A stretch of DNA of 64,000 bases from an uncultured Candidatus Rokubacteria bacterium (GCA_963771355.1 CAVYTA010000006.1:1888001-1952000); one strand, 5' to 3'. Counted from the stretch's first letter, positions 18,475 to 28,664 are shown. Translations and numbers: made by a program. Notes: generated by a model from the letters alone, not told the origin.

Positions 18475-19443
18475 TCAGCGCGACGCCGTGGAGTTCCGGT
18501 GCCGCCAGTAGTCGAGGAGCTCCGTCAAGGTTTGCTCGAAGGGGATCTCGACCTTCCACCCCAACGCCCGCTGGATCTTGCCGGGATCACCCTCGAGCTC
18601 CATCACATCGGAGGGCCGCAGCCGCGCGGGATCGATCTTGACCGCGATCCCCTTGACCCGGGACTGTCCGAGCAGGAAGTCGAGCACGTGCTGGATGGGC
18701 CATGACTTGCCCGAGCAGAGGTTGTACACCTCGCCCGGCTCGCCCCGCTCCAGCAGCGCCCAGTAGCCCCGGACGATGTCGCGTACGTCGGAGTAATCGC
18801 GCTTGGGCTTGAGATCGCCCACGAAGATCACCGGCTCGCGGATCCCGGCCTCGATCTCGACGATCTGCCTGGCGAAGTTGGACGTCACGAAGACGTCGCC
18901 GCGCCGCGGTCCCTCGTGATTGAAGGCCCGCGTGCGGACGATGGGCAGCCCGTAGCTCTTGAAGTACTGGTAGCCCATCATGTCCTGCGTCACCTTGCTC
19001 ACCGCGTAGGGTGACAGCGGCCGGAGGGGATTGGTCTCCTTGATGGGAAGCTCGTCGGGATGCACCAGCCCGTACTCCTCGCTGCTGCCGACGGCGAGGA
19101 AGCGGGGGGAGATCCTGAGACCACGCATGGCCTCCAGCAGGTTGACCTGGGAGATGATGTTGGTGGTCAGCGTCTCCGCCGGCGCCTTCCACGACGCGGC
19201 CACGAAGCTCTGGGCGGCCAGGTGCACCACGTGCGTCGGCTCCGTGATTTCCAGGAGGTTCCGCACCGAGGAGAGGTCACGCAGGTCGCACTCGACCAGC
19301 GTGATGCGCGCGCGCAGGTGGTCGATGTTCTCGGTCTTGCTCCGCCAGCGCATGGAGCCGGAGACCTCGGCGCCGTGCGCGAGGGCAAACTCCGCCATGT
19401 GACTTCCCACGAACCCGGTGATGCCCGTGATGAGCAGTCGCAT
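18475..19443 (-). CDS. GDP-mannose 4,6-dehydratase / GDP-6-deoxy-D-mannose reductase (Rmd-like) extended SDR
   Basis: TGITGFVG, HLAAQS, SSEEYG, YAVSK; perfect TATAAT at 19492-19497 (minus) upstream. Confidence 0.88.
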   Translation of the reverse strand: MRLLITGITGFVGSHMAEFALAHGAEVSGSMRWRSKTENIDHLRARITLVECDLRDLSSVRNLLEITEPTHVVHLAAQSFVAASWKAPAETLTTNIISQVNLLEAMRGLRISPRFLAVGSSEEYGLVHPDELPIKETNPLRPLSPYAVSKVTQDMMGYQYFKSYGLPIVRTRAFNHEGPRRGDVFVTSNFARQIVEIEAGIREPVIFVGDLKPKRDYSDVRDIVRGYWALLERGEPGEVYNLCSGKSWPIQHVLDFLLGQSRVKGIAVKIDPARLRPSDVMELEGDPGKIQRALGWKVEIPFEQTLTELLDYWRHRNSTASR

Positions 19444-19492
19444 CGGCCCCCGCTCCTCTCGCTCGCATCCCTCGGACGCGAGCCGATCGCAA

Positions 19493-20656
19493 TTATACGC
19501 CACGGAGATGCGGCTCTCCGCGCAAACTCGCCGCCGCCCGCCGGTACTCGTCGGCAACCTCCGCGGTCATACGCGCCGCCGAGAACTCTCTCGCCACGTG
19601 CTCGCGCGCGGCCTCGCCCATCCGGAGCCGTCGCGCGCCATCGGCGAGGAGCGCGTCGGCAGCCTCCGCCAGCGCGGAGGCGTCGCGCGGGGGCACGAGG
19701 AGCCCGGTGACGCCGTCGACGACGGCATCCACGTGCCCGGGCACCCGGGTGGCCACGACGGGGAGACTGCTGGCCATGGCCTCCAGCACCCCGAGGGGCA
19801 GCCCTTCTCCCAGCGACGCGGTCACGTAGAGATCGAGCGCGGCGAAGTAGCGCGCGGCGTCGGGGAGCGGCCCGGTCCAGACCACGGTGCCCCCCAGCCC
19901 CAGCCGTCGCGCTTGTGCGCGCAGGCGTCCGCTCTCCGGACCGTCGCCCACCACGAGACACACCGCGCCGGGCCGGCGCTGCCGCAGGCGCGCCATGGCC
20001 TCGAGCAGCGTCTCGAGCCCCTTCACGGGGTCGAAGCGCGCCACCGTGCCCAGCACGAGCGCGGCCGGGTTCAGCGCCAGTGCCGTCCGGGCGCCCTCAC
20101 GGGGCCGGCACTGCGCGCGCACGCGCGCGCCGTCGATGCCGTTGACGATGATCCGGGCGCGCTCCGCCGGCGCGAGCCCGAGCGGACCCGCCTCCGCGGC
20201 CTGGCTCGCGGAGACGTGGATGATCGTGTGGGTGATGCGGGCCAGCCCGCGTTCCATCGCGAGATACGCGCTGCGCACGCCCGGCGGATAGCGGTCATAG
20301 TGCACGCGGTGGAAGGTATGCACGGCGGCGATGCCCGCCCGGCGGGCGGCGAGCCGGCCATAGAGGCCGGCGCCCTTGCCGTGGGAGTGCACGACGCGGA
20401 TCTCGCGCTCGCGGATCAGCCGCGTCAATTTCCCGAGGGTGAACGGTGAGAGCCGGTGGGCCGCCACCTCCACCACCTGGGCGCCCCCCGCGCGGAAGCG
20501 CTCGAGGTATGGCCCGCCCGCGGGGGCGCCCACCGTGACGCGGAAGTCCTTCGGATCGAGCCCGGCGAGCAGGTCCACCACGTGCGCGGGTTCGCCGCCG
20601 AGCTGGCTCGAGACCAGCAGCTCCAGGACGGAGATGGGCGCCGGACGCGCGGTCAC
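19493..20656 (-). CDS. GT4 glycosyltransferase; start uncertain
   Basis: VHSHG, NGID, EGLPLGVLEAMAS. Confidence 0.85.
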   Translation of the reverse strand: MTARPAPISVLELLVSSQLGGEPAHVVDLLAGLDPKDFRVTVGAPAGGPYLERFRAGGAQVVEVAAHRLSPFTLGKLTRLIREREIRVVHSHGKGAGLYGRLAARRAGIAAVHTFHRVHYDRYPPGVRSAYLAMERGLARITHTIIHVSASQAAEAGPLGLAPAERARIIVNGIDGARVRAQCRPREGARTALALNPAALVLGTVARFDPVKGLETLLEAMARLRQRRPGAVCLVVGDGPESGRLRAQARRLGLGGTVVWTGPLPDAARYFAALDLYVTASLGEGLPLGVLEAMASSLPVVATRVPGHVDAVVDGVTGLLVPPRDASALAEAADALLADGARRLRMGEAAREHVAREFSAARMTAEVADEYRRAAASLRGEPHLRGV

Positions 20657-20798
20657 GTCAGGCGCCGGGCGCGCGGCGTCTGCGGAGCGTACCCGCCGTC
20701 CACGAAACGCCGGCAATCCTCGACCCGGCAGATTCGCGGTGGGCCGCGCGGAAGAAGGCCTGGACGGGGGGCTCAGCTCGGGCATCCACGGCGGGAAG

Positions 20799-21332
20799 TC
20801 AGTCCGACGACTTCGGGAGCACGCAGACCCCTGACCCGCAGCCGAAGCGCCGACGGTTCCTCGCCACCCAGGCGTAGATGCGCCGTCCGATCCAGCTCGC
20901 GCCGGGGAGGTAGAAGAAGGCCAGGAGCGGCCAGGTCGCGGGGCTCACGGCGAGCAGCCGCCGAGCCGCGAAGAAGCCGGGATGCGCGCGCCCGTCCGGC
21001 GTGACCACCCACATCGCCTCGTCGAGGTTCGCCTCCCGCAGCACGGGGAAGCGGGCTTCCACCGCGCTCCGGTCATTGCCGTCATGGAAGCGCAGTACCT
21101 TCCGGAAGTCCGCGGTCCGCAGGAGCGCGAGTGACCGGATGCAGAGGCCGCACTGGGCGTCATAGATCACGTGCACGCGCGGGGCCGCGGGCCCGGCAGT
21201 CACCGGAGCTTCCCCCGCAGGGAGACGTCGACGTGAGGCTGGCTGTCCCACCGATGGAGCGGACGCGTCACGGGAACCTTTCCGACCCCGGCTGACCGCG
21301 AACCCGTCCGGGCGCGCCGGCGCGTCACTCAT
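20799..21332 (-). CDS. DCC-family thiol-disulfide oxidoreductase (DUF393)
   Basis: YDAQCGLC (DxxCxxC) and YAWVARNR motifs. Confidence 0.85.
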   Translation of the reverse strand: MSDAPARPDGFAVSRGRKGSRDASAPSVGQPASRRRLPAGEAPVTAGPAAPRVHVIYDAQCGLCIRSLALLRTADFRKVLRFHDGNDRSAVEARFPVLREANLDEAMWVVTPDGRAHPGFFAARRLLAVSPATWPLLAFFYLPGASWIGRRIYAWVARNRRRFGCGSGVCVLPKSSD

Positions 21333-21523
21333 CGGCGTCAGTATACTCCACGCGCGCGGCCCTCACTGGGCCAGGACCCGCTGGGTGAGCGGAGTCTCGA
21401 CACCGCGGCCTCGGTGCGCGACCGTTTGCCTGCGCTCCGCTTCGTCCTGGAGCACTTCGACGTCGTGCAGGGAGAGGTCACCGCCGACGGGGCCGACGTG
21501 GGCCCGTCGGTCGCGCGCAAGCG

Positions 21524-22348
21524 CTAGCCGACCTGCTTCGGATCCAGGATATCCCGCAGGCCATCCCCGAGCAGGTTGAGGCCGAGCACGGTGAGCGCAA
21601 TGGCACCGCCGGGGAAGATCGCGAACCACGGGTTGGTAGCGAGGAAGGCCTGCGACTCGCGCAGCATCAGACCCCACGAAGGATGCGGGGGCTGCGTGCC
21701 GAGGCCCAGATAGGCGAGGGCGGCCTCGGCGAGAATGGCCACCGGGAAGCTGATGGTGGACTGCACGATGAGGGGCGACAGCGTGTTGGGCAGGATGTGC
21801 CGGCCGATGATGGTGGCGTCCCCCGCCCCCAGCGCCCGCGCCGCCGCCACGAACTCGCGGTCGCGCAGCTCGAGGAAGGACGCGCGGGTGAGGCGCGCGA
21901 ACACGGGCAGGAAGGCCACCCCGATGGCGATCATGCTGATGCTCAGGCTGGGCCGGAACACCGCCGAGATGAGGAGCGCGGAGAGGATGGCGGGAAAGCC
22001 CTGCACCGCGTCCATCAGCCGCATGAACCCCTCGTCGAGCCAGCCGCCGAAATAGCCCGACACCACACCCAGGCTGGCGCCGATGCCCATGCCGATCCCC
22101 ACCGCGATCACCCCCACCAGGATGGAGGTCACCGCGCCGGTCATCACGCGCGAGAGCAGATCCCGGCCGAAGTGGTCGGTGCCGAAGAGGTGCTGACTGG
22201 TGGGGCCCTGCAACCGCCCGGTGATGGACATCTCCAGCGGATCCCGTGGCGTGTAGACGAGGCTCAGGGCCGCCGTCGCCACCAGGGCCACCGTGATGGC
22301 CAGGCCAACCACGAACGTGACGTGCCTGAACGCGCGACTTCTCAACAC
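21524..22348 (-). CDS. peptide/nickel ABC permease (DppC-like)
   Basis: HLFGTDHFGRD, EFVAAARALG, PSWG. Confidence 0.93.
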   Translation of the reverse strand: MLRSRAFRHVTFVVGLAITVALVATAALSLVYTPRDPLEMSITGRLQGPTSQHLFGTDHFGRDLLSRVMTGAVTSILVGVIAVGIGMGIGASLGVVSGYFGGWLDEGFMRLMDAVQGFPAILSALLISAVFRPSLSISMIAIGVAFLPVFARLTRASFLELRDREFVAAARALGAGDATIIGRHILPNTLSPLIVQSTISFPVAILAEAALAYLGLGTQPPHPSWGLMLRESQAFLATNPWFAIFPGGAIALTVLGLNLLGDGLRDILDPKQVG

Positions 22349-22445
22349 GCGCGTTTTGCCCTCGCTCCGCTCGGGCCCTGATTTGATCTACGGTCGTCGC
22401 AAGCGACGACCTCTATAGGGTGGCTTCGCATCCTTTATATGTTCG

Positions 22446-23390
22446 TCACTCGTAGCGTATGCGGGGGTCTAACACGCCGTAGAGCAGGTCCACCACGACG
22501 TTGAGGGTCACGATCACGCAGGCCACGAAGAGGACCACCCCCTGCACCACTGGAAGGTCGCGCGCGCTGATGGCGCCGATGGCGAGCCGGCCGAGGCCGG
22601 GCAGATAGAAGACGGACTCCAGCACGATGCTGCCCGCCATGAGCTGGCCGAGCTGTATCCCCGCCACGGTGATGATGGGGATCATGGCGTTGCGGAGCGC
22701 GTGGCGGAAGAGCACCACGCCTTCCCCCAGCCCCTTGGCGCGCGCGGTCTTGACGTACTCCTCGCGCAGCACCTCGAGGACGGCGGACCGCGTGGTGCGC
22801 GCGAGGACGGCGAACTGGAAGAGCCCCAGCGCCACCGCGGGCAGCAGCAGTGACTTCAGCGCCGGCAGCACGCCTTGCCCCCAGCCATCGAAGCCGCCGG
22901 ACTTGAACCACCCGAGCTTCACCGCGAAGAGGAGGATGAGGAGGAGGCCGGCCCAGAAGGCGGGCACCGCCACCCCCACCTGGGACAGGGCCATGGCGAG
23001 ATAGTCGCCCCAGCGCCGCTGATGGGTCGCCGCGAAGAGGCCCACCGGGACCGCGGCCAGCGCCATGAAGCCCGCGGCCATGAGGGTGAGCGGAAGCGTC
23101 ACCGGCAGCCGGGAGGCGATGAGCCCGGCCACGGGCACGTCGTACTGGATGGACGTCCCGAGGTCCCCGCGGAGGGCCCGTCCCGCCCACTCCCCGTACT
23201 GGACGATGAGCGACCGGTTCAGCCCCAGCGACTCACGGATGCGCTCGGCAGCCTCGGCGCTGCCCTCGGTGCCCACGATGATGAGGGCGGGATCGCCGGG
23301 GAGCACGCGTACCACCACGAACACCAGGAGAGAAACGAAGAGGAGGGTGACCGCCAGCGCGGCCACCCTCCTCAGGACGAATCGGCGCAC
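22446..23390 (-). CDS. peptide/nickel ABC permease (DppB-like)
   Basis: PGDPA, GDLG, EYVKTARAKG, HALRNA. Confidence 0.93.
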   Translation of the reverse strand: MRRFVLRRVAALAVTLLFVSLLVFVVVRVLPGDPALIIVGTEGSAEAAERIRESLGLNRSLIVQYGEWAGRALRGDLGTSIQYDVPVAGLIASRLPVTLPLTLMAAGFMALAAVPVGLFAATHQRRWGDYLAMALSQVGVAVPAFWAGLLLILLFAVKLGWFKSGGFDGWGQGVLPALKSLLLPAVALGLFQFAVLARTTRSAVLEVLREEYVKTARAKGLGEGVVLFRHALRNAMIPIITVAGIQLGQLMAGSIVLESVFYLPGLGRLAIGAISARDLPVVQGVVLFVACVIVTLNVVVDLLYGVLDPRIRYE

Positions 23391-23411
23391 CGCCCGCCCG
23401 CCCGCGCCCGG

Positions 23412-24926
23412 CTACTTCTGCCAGGACACCTCGGACAGGTCGAGCACCGGCAGCGGCAGGTCTTTCCACAGCCCGGTCACACCCTTCTTGGTCACCACCA
23501 GCCGCGGGTGCATGTACAGCCACACCGCCGGCGCCTCGTCGGCCAGCATCTGCTGCATGGCCACGTAGAGCTCGCGCCGCTTCTTGTCGTCCACCGTGAC
23601 CTGGGACTCCGCGAAGAGCTTCTGGAAGTCGGCGTTGTCCCAGCGGAAGTAGTACTTGGGATTGGCGAAGTTCGCGATGTCCCACGCCTCCGCGTGCCCG
23701 ATGATGGACATCTCGTAGTCGGGATTCTGGCACGGGGCCAGGCAGAATACCTGGGAGAGCCAGGTGCCCCACTCGATCTGCTCGATCTTGGCCCGGATGC
23801 CCACCTTGGCGAACTGGCTGGTGATGATCTCCGCGCTCCGCACCGTGTAGTAGTACTGGGGCGCCACCCGGAACGTCACGTCGAAGCCGTTCGGATAGCC
23901 GGCCTCGGCGAGGAGCTTCTTGGCCTTGGCCGGATCGTAGGGAACCCGCTTGGCGAGGTCCACGAAGTACGGATTCAGCGGGTCCACGTTCGAGCCGAGG
24001 ATCTTGCCGTGGCCGAACATGGCGCCCTTGAGCACCTCGTCCTTGTTGATGGCGTGCGTCACCGCCAGGCGCACTCGCTTGTCCGAGAACGGCTTCTTGC
24101 TGTTGTTCATGGAGAGGGTGACGTCGTTGGTGGTGTCACCCACGATCACCTGGAAGCGCGGGTCCTTCTTCAGCTCGTCCACGCTCTCCGGGCCGATGCC
24201 GAAGGCCGAGACGTCCACGTCGCCCGCCTTGAGCGCGGCGAGGGCGGCGTTGGGGTCGGGGATGAAGCGATACGTCACCTTGTCCAGGTGCGGGAGCCCC
24301 TTGACCCAGTAGTCCTTGTTCTTCGTGAGGACGATCCGGTCCCCCCGCACCCACTCCGACACCGTGAAGGGGCCGGTGCCCAGCGGCTGGGTCTTGAGCG
24401 TGTCCACCGCTTCCCGGGGATAGATCACCGAGCCCTGCCGGGCCAGCGTGTAGAGAAAGGTCGCGTCCAGCTTCTTGAGGCTGACGGTGATCGTGTAGTC
24501 GTCCTTCACGATCACGTCCTGGATGGCCTCGTACTGGGTGCGGTAGGGATGCTTGGTCTCGGGGTTCACCGCGCGGTCCAGCGCGAACTTCACGTCGCCG
24601 GCGCGCATCTCGCGCCCGTTGTGGAACCGCACGTTCTTCCTGAGGAAGAAGGTGTAGTTCTTGCTGTCGGTGGTGTACCAGCGCTCGGCCAGCCACGGAA
24701 TCATCTTCCCGGTGCGGTCGATCTTGATGAGGCCTTCCTGGACGTTGTCGAAGACCACCCCCGCGATGGCAGAGGCCGGGTTCGTGGTCAGGTCGAGGCC
24801 CGGGGGCTCGGTGGAGACCTGCACCACCAGGGAGGCGGGTGCGGTCTGGGCGGACACGCCCGCCGCCCCGACGGCGAGCGCGAGAGCGATTGCGAGCGTC
24901 ACGCGGGCAAGCTTCCTCATCCTCAT
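23412..24926 (-). CDS. family 5 ABC substrate-binding protein (DppA-like)
   Basis: Signal peptide, FHNG, GTGPF, YDPAKAKKLLAEAGYPNG. Confidence 0.93.
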   Translation of the reverse strand: MRMRKLARVTLAIALALAVGAAGVSAQTAPASLVVQVSTEPPGLDLTTNPASAIAGVVFDNVQEGLIKIDRTGKMIPWLAERWYTTDSKNYTFFLRKNVRFHNGREMRAGDVKFALDRAVNPETKHPYRTQYEAIQDVIVKDDYTITVSLKKLDATFLYTLARQGSVIYPREAVDTLKTQPLGTGPFTVSEWVRGDRIVLTKNKDYWVKGLPHLDKVTYRFIPDPNAALAALKAGDVDVSAFGIGPESVDELKKDPRFQVIVGDTTNDVTLSMNNSKKPFSDKRVRLAVTHAINKDEVLKGAMFGHGKILGSNVDPLNPYFVDLAKRVPYDPAKAKKLLAEAGYPNGFDVTFRVAPQYYYTVRSAEIITSQFAKVGIRAKIEQIEWGTWLSQVFCLAPCQNPDYEMSIIGHAEAWDIANFANPKYYFRWDNADFQKLFAESQVTVDDKKRRELYVAMQQMLADEAPAVWLYMHPRLVVTKKGVTGLWKDLPLPVLDLSEVSWQK

Positions 24927-25885
24927 GCCGTCCTCCCCGTGAAGAATTCGACGGTACGGCGCAGCCCCTCCTCGAAGGTCACGAGGGGCTCGTAGCCCAG
25001 GTCCCGCTTGGCTGCGCTCACGTCGGCCAGGGTGTGGGGCACGTCCCCCACCCGCCCCGGCTCGTGACGGCGCTGGAGCGGCCGGCCGAGCATCACCTCG
25101 ATCATGGCGACGATCTCGAGCAGGCTGGTGCGGCTGCCGCAGCCGACGTTATAGGATTTCCCCGCCACCGCGCGGGCGTCCGCGCGGGCGGCGAGCAGAT
25201 TCGCCGAGACCACATTGTCGATGAAGGTGAAGTCACGCGACTGGGTGCCGTCGCCGTGCACTTGCAGCGGCCGGCCCGCCATGCCCCAGAGGATGAACTT
25301 CGGGATCACCGCCGCGTACTCGCTCTTGGGGTCCTGGCGGGGGCCGAACACGTTGAAGTAGCGCAGCCCGACCGTCTCCACGTCGAAGAGCCGGCTCCAC
25401 ACCGAGGCGTAGAGCTCGCCGGCCACCTTGGTGGCGGCGTAGGGGGAGATGGGGGCGGTGGGCTGATCCTCCCGCTTGGGCAGCTCGGGCCGCTCCCCGT
25501 ACACGGACGAGGAGGACGCGTACACCACCCGCGGCTTCTTCTTCTGCCCCGCCGCCGCGTGCAGGAGGTGCAGGGTCCCGGTGACGTTGGAGGCGTGGGC
25601 CCCGAGGGGATCCGCCACCGAGCGCGGCACCGAGCGCATGGCGGCCTGGTGGAACACCACCTCCACGCCCTTCATCGCGCGCGTCACCGCGGCCAGGCTG
25701 GTGAGGTCGCCCCGCCGGACGTCCAGGTTCCGATTGCCCTTCGCGAAGGCGAGGTTGGTGCGGCGGCCGGTGGAGAAATTGTCGAACACGCGGACGCGAT
25801 ATCCCTCGGCGAGCAGGCGCTCGACGAGGTGCGAGCCGATGAAGCCCGCTCCGCCGGTGACGAGGGCAAGAGGAGGAGTGGCCAT
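24923..25885 (-). CDS. NAD-dependent UDP-sugar 4-epimerase (GalE/WbpP-like)
   Basis: TGGAGFIG, ASSSSVYG, YAATK, RYFNVFGPRQDP. Confidence 0.92.
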   Translation of the reverse strand: MATPPLALVTGGAGFIGSHLVERLLAEGYRVRVFDNFSTGRRTNLAFAKGNRNLDVRRGDLTSLAAVTRAMKGVEVVFHQAAMRSVPRSVADPLGAHASNVTGTLHLLHAAAGQKKKPRVVYASSSSVYGERPELPKREDQPTAPISPYAATKVAGELYASVWSRLFDVETVGLRYFNVFGPRQDPKSEYAAVIPKFILWGMAGRPLQVHGDGTQSRDFTFIDNVVSANLLAARADARAVAGKSYNVGCGSRTSLLEIVAMIEVMLGRPLQRRHEPGRVGDVPHTLADVSAAKRDLGYEPLVTFEEGLRRTVEFFTGRTA

Positions 25886-25904
25886 GAGGTGCGTGACGGT
25901 CCCG

Positions 25905-25934
25905 ATTATGGTGGGCGCCCGCGCGGCTTGTCAA
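25905..25934 (-). promoter_or_regulatory. sigma70 promoter TTGACA-18-CATAAT
   Basis: Near-consensus hexamers upstream of the epimerase. Confidence 0.75.
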
Positions 25935-25960
25935 TCTTCGGCGCGGCCCTCCGTACGGAC

Positions 25961-26030
25961 CGCACGCCAGGCGGCACGCCGGGTGCACGCCAGGCGCACG
26001 CCAGCGCACGCAGCGCACGCCAAGCGCACG
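25961..26030 (+). repeat. seven phased GCACG(CCAG) repeats
   Basis: GCACG at 25962, 25974, 25985, 25996, 26006, 26015, 26026. Confidence 0.8.
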
Positions 26031-26035
26031 GTGGT

Positions 26036-26064
26036 TTGACAAGGGCGCGGGTGGTCGCTAGTAT
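26036..26064 (+). promoter_or_regulatory. sigma70 promoter TTGACA-17-TAGTAT
   Basis: Perfect -35, 17-bp spacer, TAnnnT -10. Confidence 0.75.
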
Positions 26065-26120
26065 GTGGCACTCTCGTGAACCCGCACCAATTCGTGCGCC
26101 CGTCGAAGAAGGAGGATGCC

Positions 26121-27659
26121 ATGGGTCGTCCCGCCGCCGTCGTTCTTGCCCTCATGCTCGTGCTCGGGTTGGCGCTGTCCGGCCCCGTGCACGCGCAGAC
26201 CAAGGAAGACACCATCGTCTACTCGCTCCAGTCCGACGTCGACTCGTGGGATCCGCCCGCCTCCGTGCTCCGCGAGGCGATCATCCTCGGCTACCACGCC
26301 TTCGACCATCTGGCCACGCGCGATCTCAAGACGCGGCGGGTGGGGCCGAACCTCGCCACCTCGTGGCGGAACATCGACGACACCACCTGGGAAGTGAAGC
26401 TGCGCCAGGGCGTGAAGTTCCACGACGGCACCCCCTTCACCGCCAAGGACGTCAAGGCCACCTTCGACCGCGTGCTCGACCCCGCCAAGAAGATGACCGC
26501 GCGCGGCAACCACGCCAAGATCAAGAGCGTGGAGGTAATGGACGACTCCACGGTGCGCTTCAAGACCGACGGGCCCTATCCCCTCTTCGTGGAGCGCCTC
26601 ACCGCGCAGGTGATGCAGTCCGAGAAGGCGATGCGCGAGAAGGGCGACCAGTGGATGGGCGAGAACCCGGTAGGCACCGGGCCCTACAAGCTGGTGAAGT
26701 GGAACCGGAAGCAGGACCATCTCCTCGTCCGCAACGACGACTACTGGGGTCCCAAGCCCTACTACAAGTACCTCCGCATCCGGATCATCCCCGAGAAGGC
26801 CACCGAGATCGCCGAGCTGCTCTCCGGCGGCGTGGACCTGATCAAGGCGGTGCCGCCGGACCAGATGGACGTTATCGACAAGTCGGGCGGGGCGCGGACC
26901 GCCTCCTCGCCGATTCTGCGCACCGCCATGCTCCAGCTCGACCAGGCGGCGCGGGGCGGGCCGAATCCCTTCACGGACCGGAAGGTCCGCCAGGCCGCCA
27001 ACCTCGCCGCCGACCACGACGGCATCATCAAGCATGTGCTCAACGGGCTGGGCGATCGCGTGGCCACCGGGATCAATCCCATGGCCTTCGGCTGGGACCC
27101 GAACCTCAAGCCCTACAAGCAAGACCTCGCCGCGGCCAAGAAGCTCCTCGCCGAGGCCGGGTATCCCAACGGCGTGGACATCGTCTTCCACGAGGGCCCG
27201 CCCATCGTGGAGCCCGCCATCCAGCAGACCAACGACGCCATCGTGGCGGACATGGCCAAGGCCGGCTTCCGCGTGAAGCGGGTCTACATCGGCGACAATA
27301 CCGTCCTGGTGGCCCGTATCAAGGAAGGCAAGGGCGGCCCCATGTTCAACTGGTCGTGGGGCTACTACTCGGTGTTCGACGCCGACGCCATCCTCTACGA
27401 CGTCTTCAAGTGCGGCGAGTCGTACAGCTACTACTGCAACAAGGAGCTGGACGACCTCATCGCCACCGGCCGCAACTCGCTGGACGCCAAGAAGCGGGCG
27501 GAGATCTACGTGAAGGCCCAGAAGCTCCTCTACGACGACGCCGCCTACCTCTACAAGTGGGGGCTGCGGGGCGTATGGGGCATCAGTAATCGCATCGACT
27601 ACACGGCGCCGGCGGACGAGGTCGACCGCCTCTTCCTCGCCACCCCGCGGAAGAAGTAG
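26121..27659 (+). CDS. family 5 ABC substrate-binding protein
   Basis: AAGGAGGA RBS, signal peptide, LRQGVKFHDG, GTGPY. Confidence 0.93.
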   Translation: MGRPAAVVLALMLVLGLALSGPVHAQTKEDTIVYSLQSDVDSWDPPASVLREAIILGYHAFDHLATRDLKTRRVGPNLATSWRNIDDTTWEVKLRQGVKFHDGTPFTAKDVKATFDRVLDPAKKMTARGNHAKIKSVEVMDDSTVRFKTDGPYPLFVERLTAQVMQSEKAMREKGDQWMGENPVGTGPYKLVKWNRKQDHLLVRNDDYWGPKPYYKYLRIRIIPEKATEIAELLSGGVDLIKAVPPDQMDVIDKSGGARTASSPILRTAMLQLDQAARGGPNPFTDRKVRQAANLAADHDGIIKHVLNGLGDRVATGINPMAFGWDPNLKPYKQDLAAAKKLLAEAGYPNGVDIVFHEGPPIVEPAIQQTNDAIVADMAKAGFRVKRVYIGDNTVLVARIKEGKGGPMFNWSWGYYSVFDADAILYDVFKCGESYSYYCNKELDDLIATGRNSLDAKKRAEIYVKAQKLLYDDAAYLYKWGLRGVWGISNRIDYTAPADEVDRLFLATPRKK

Positions 27660-27673
27660 GGCCGGCTCCGGAC

Positions 27674-27724
27674 CCGGTCCGGCCGCCGGCCTCCCGCTCC
27701 ATCGGAGGCGGGCGGCCGGACCGG
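27674..27724 (+). promoter_or_regulatory. intercistronic stem-loop after the SBP gene
   Basis: 14-bp arms CCGGTCCGGCCGCC/GGCGGCCGGACCGG; no U tract. Confidence 0.6.
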
Positions 27725-27743
27725 CGGCGTCTGCCCGTACCCG

Positions 27744-28664
27744 ATGCGTCGGTACATCGCGCGCCAGATCGTGCAGCTGGTGGTCGTGGTCATCGGCGTC
27801 TCCATCCTCTCGTTCTGTATCCTCCACGTCATCGGTGATCCCGTCCTGCTCCTCCTGCCCCAAAACGCCGGCAAGGAGGAATTCGAGCGCTACCGGCACC
27901 TCTTCGGGCTGGACCGGCCGCTCTACGTGCAGTACTGGTCCTTCGCCAGCCGCGCCGTCCAAGGCGATTTCGGCCAGTCCTGGTACGGTAACGCTCCCGC
28001 CTTCCAACTCGTGATCGAGCGCATGCCGTACACCATCTACCTCACCCTCGCCGGGTTCGCGGTGACCCTTGCAATCTCGCTGCCGCTGGGCGTCCTCGCC
28101 GCGCTGAAGCGCCACTCCTTGGTAGACACGCTGTGCACCATGGTCGCCACCGCCGGTCAGGCGTTGCCGCTCTTCTGGCTCGGCATCATGCTCATCATCA
28201 TCTTCTCCGTGCGGCTGAGGCTCCTCCCCGCCTCCGGCTACGGCACCTGGCAGCACTTCCTCATGCCATCCCTTTGCCTGGGCATCGCCATCGCCCCCAT
28301 CACCATGCGGCTCGTCCGCTCGGGCATGATCGAGGTGCTCAGCATGGACTACATCAAGACGGCGCGGTCCAAGGGCATGACGGAGCGCCGGGTGGTGTGG
28401 AAGCACGCCTTCCGCAATGCCTGCATTCCCGTGATCACGGTGCTCGGCCTCCAGTTCGGTCAGCTCCTGGGCGGGGCCATCATCACCGAGACGGTCTTCG
28501 CCTGGCCCGGCGTGGCCACGCTGACGGTGGACTCCATCCGGAATCAGGACTTCCCGGTGGTGCAATGCGCGGTGGTGCTCCTCGCCCTCATCATCGTGGT
28601 GGTGAATCTGATCGTAGACGTCGTGGTGGGCTTCATCGACCCTCGCGTGCGGACGGGCGCATGA
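27744..28664 (+). CDS. peptide/nickel ABC permease (DppB-like)
   Basis: DYIKTARSKG, HAFRNA. Confidence 0.93.
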   Translation: MRRYIARQIVQLVVVVIGVSILSFCILHVIGDPVLLLLPQNAGKEEFERYRHLFGLDRPLYVQYWSFASRAVQGDFGQSWYGNAPAFQLVIERMPYTIYLTLAGFAVTLAISLPLGVLAALKRHSLVDTLCTMVATAGQALPLFWLGIMLIIIFSVRLRLLPASGYGTWQHFLMPSLCLGIAIAPITMRLVRSGMIEVLSMDYIKTARSKGMTERRVVWKHAFRNACIPVITVLGLQFGQLLGGAIITETVFAWPGVATLTVDSIRNQDFPVVQCAVVLLALIIVVVNLIVDVVVGFIDPRVRTGA

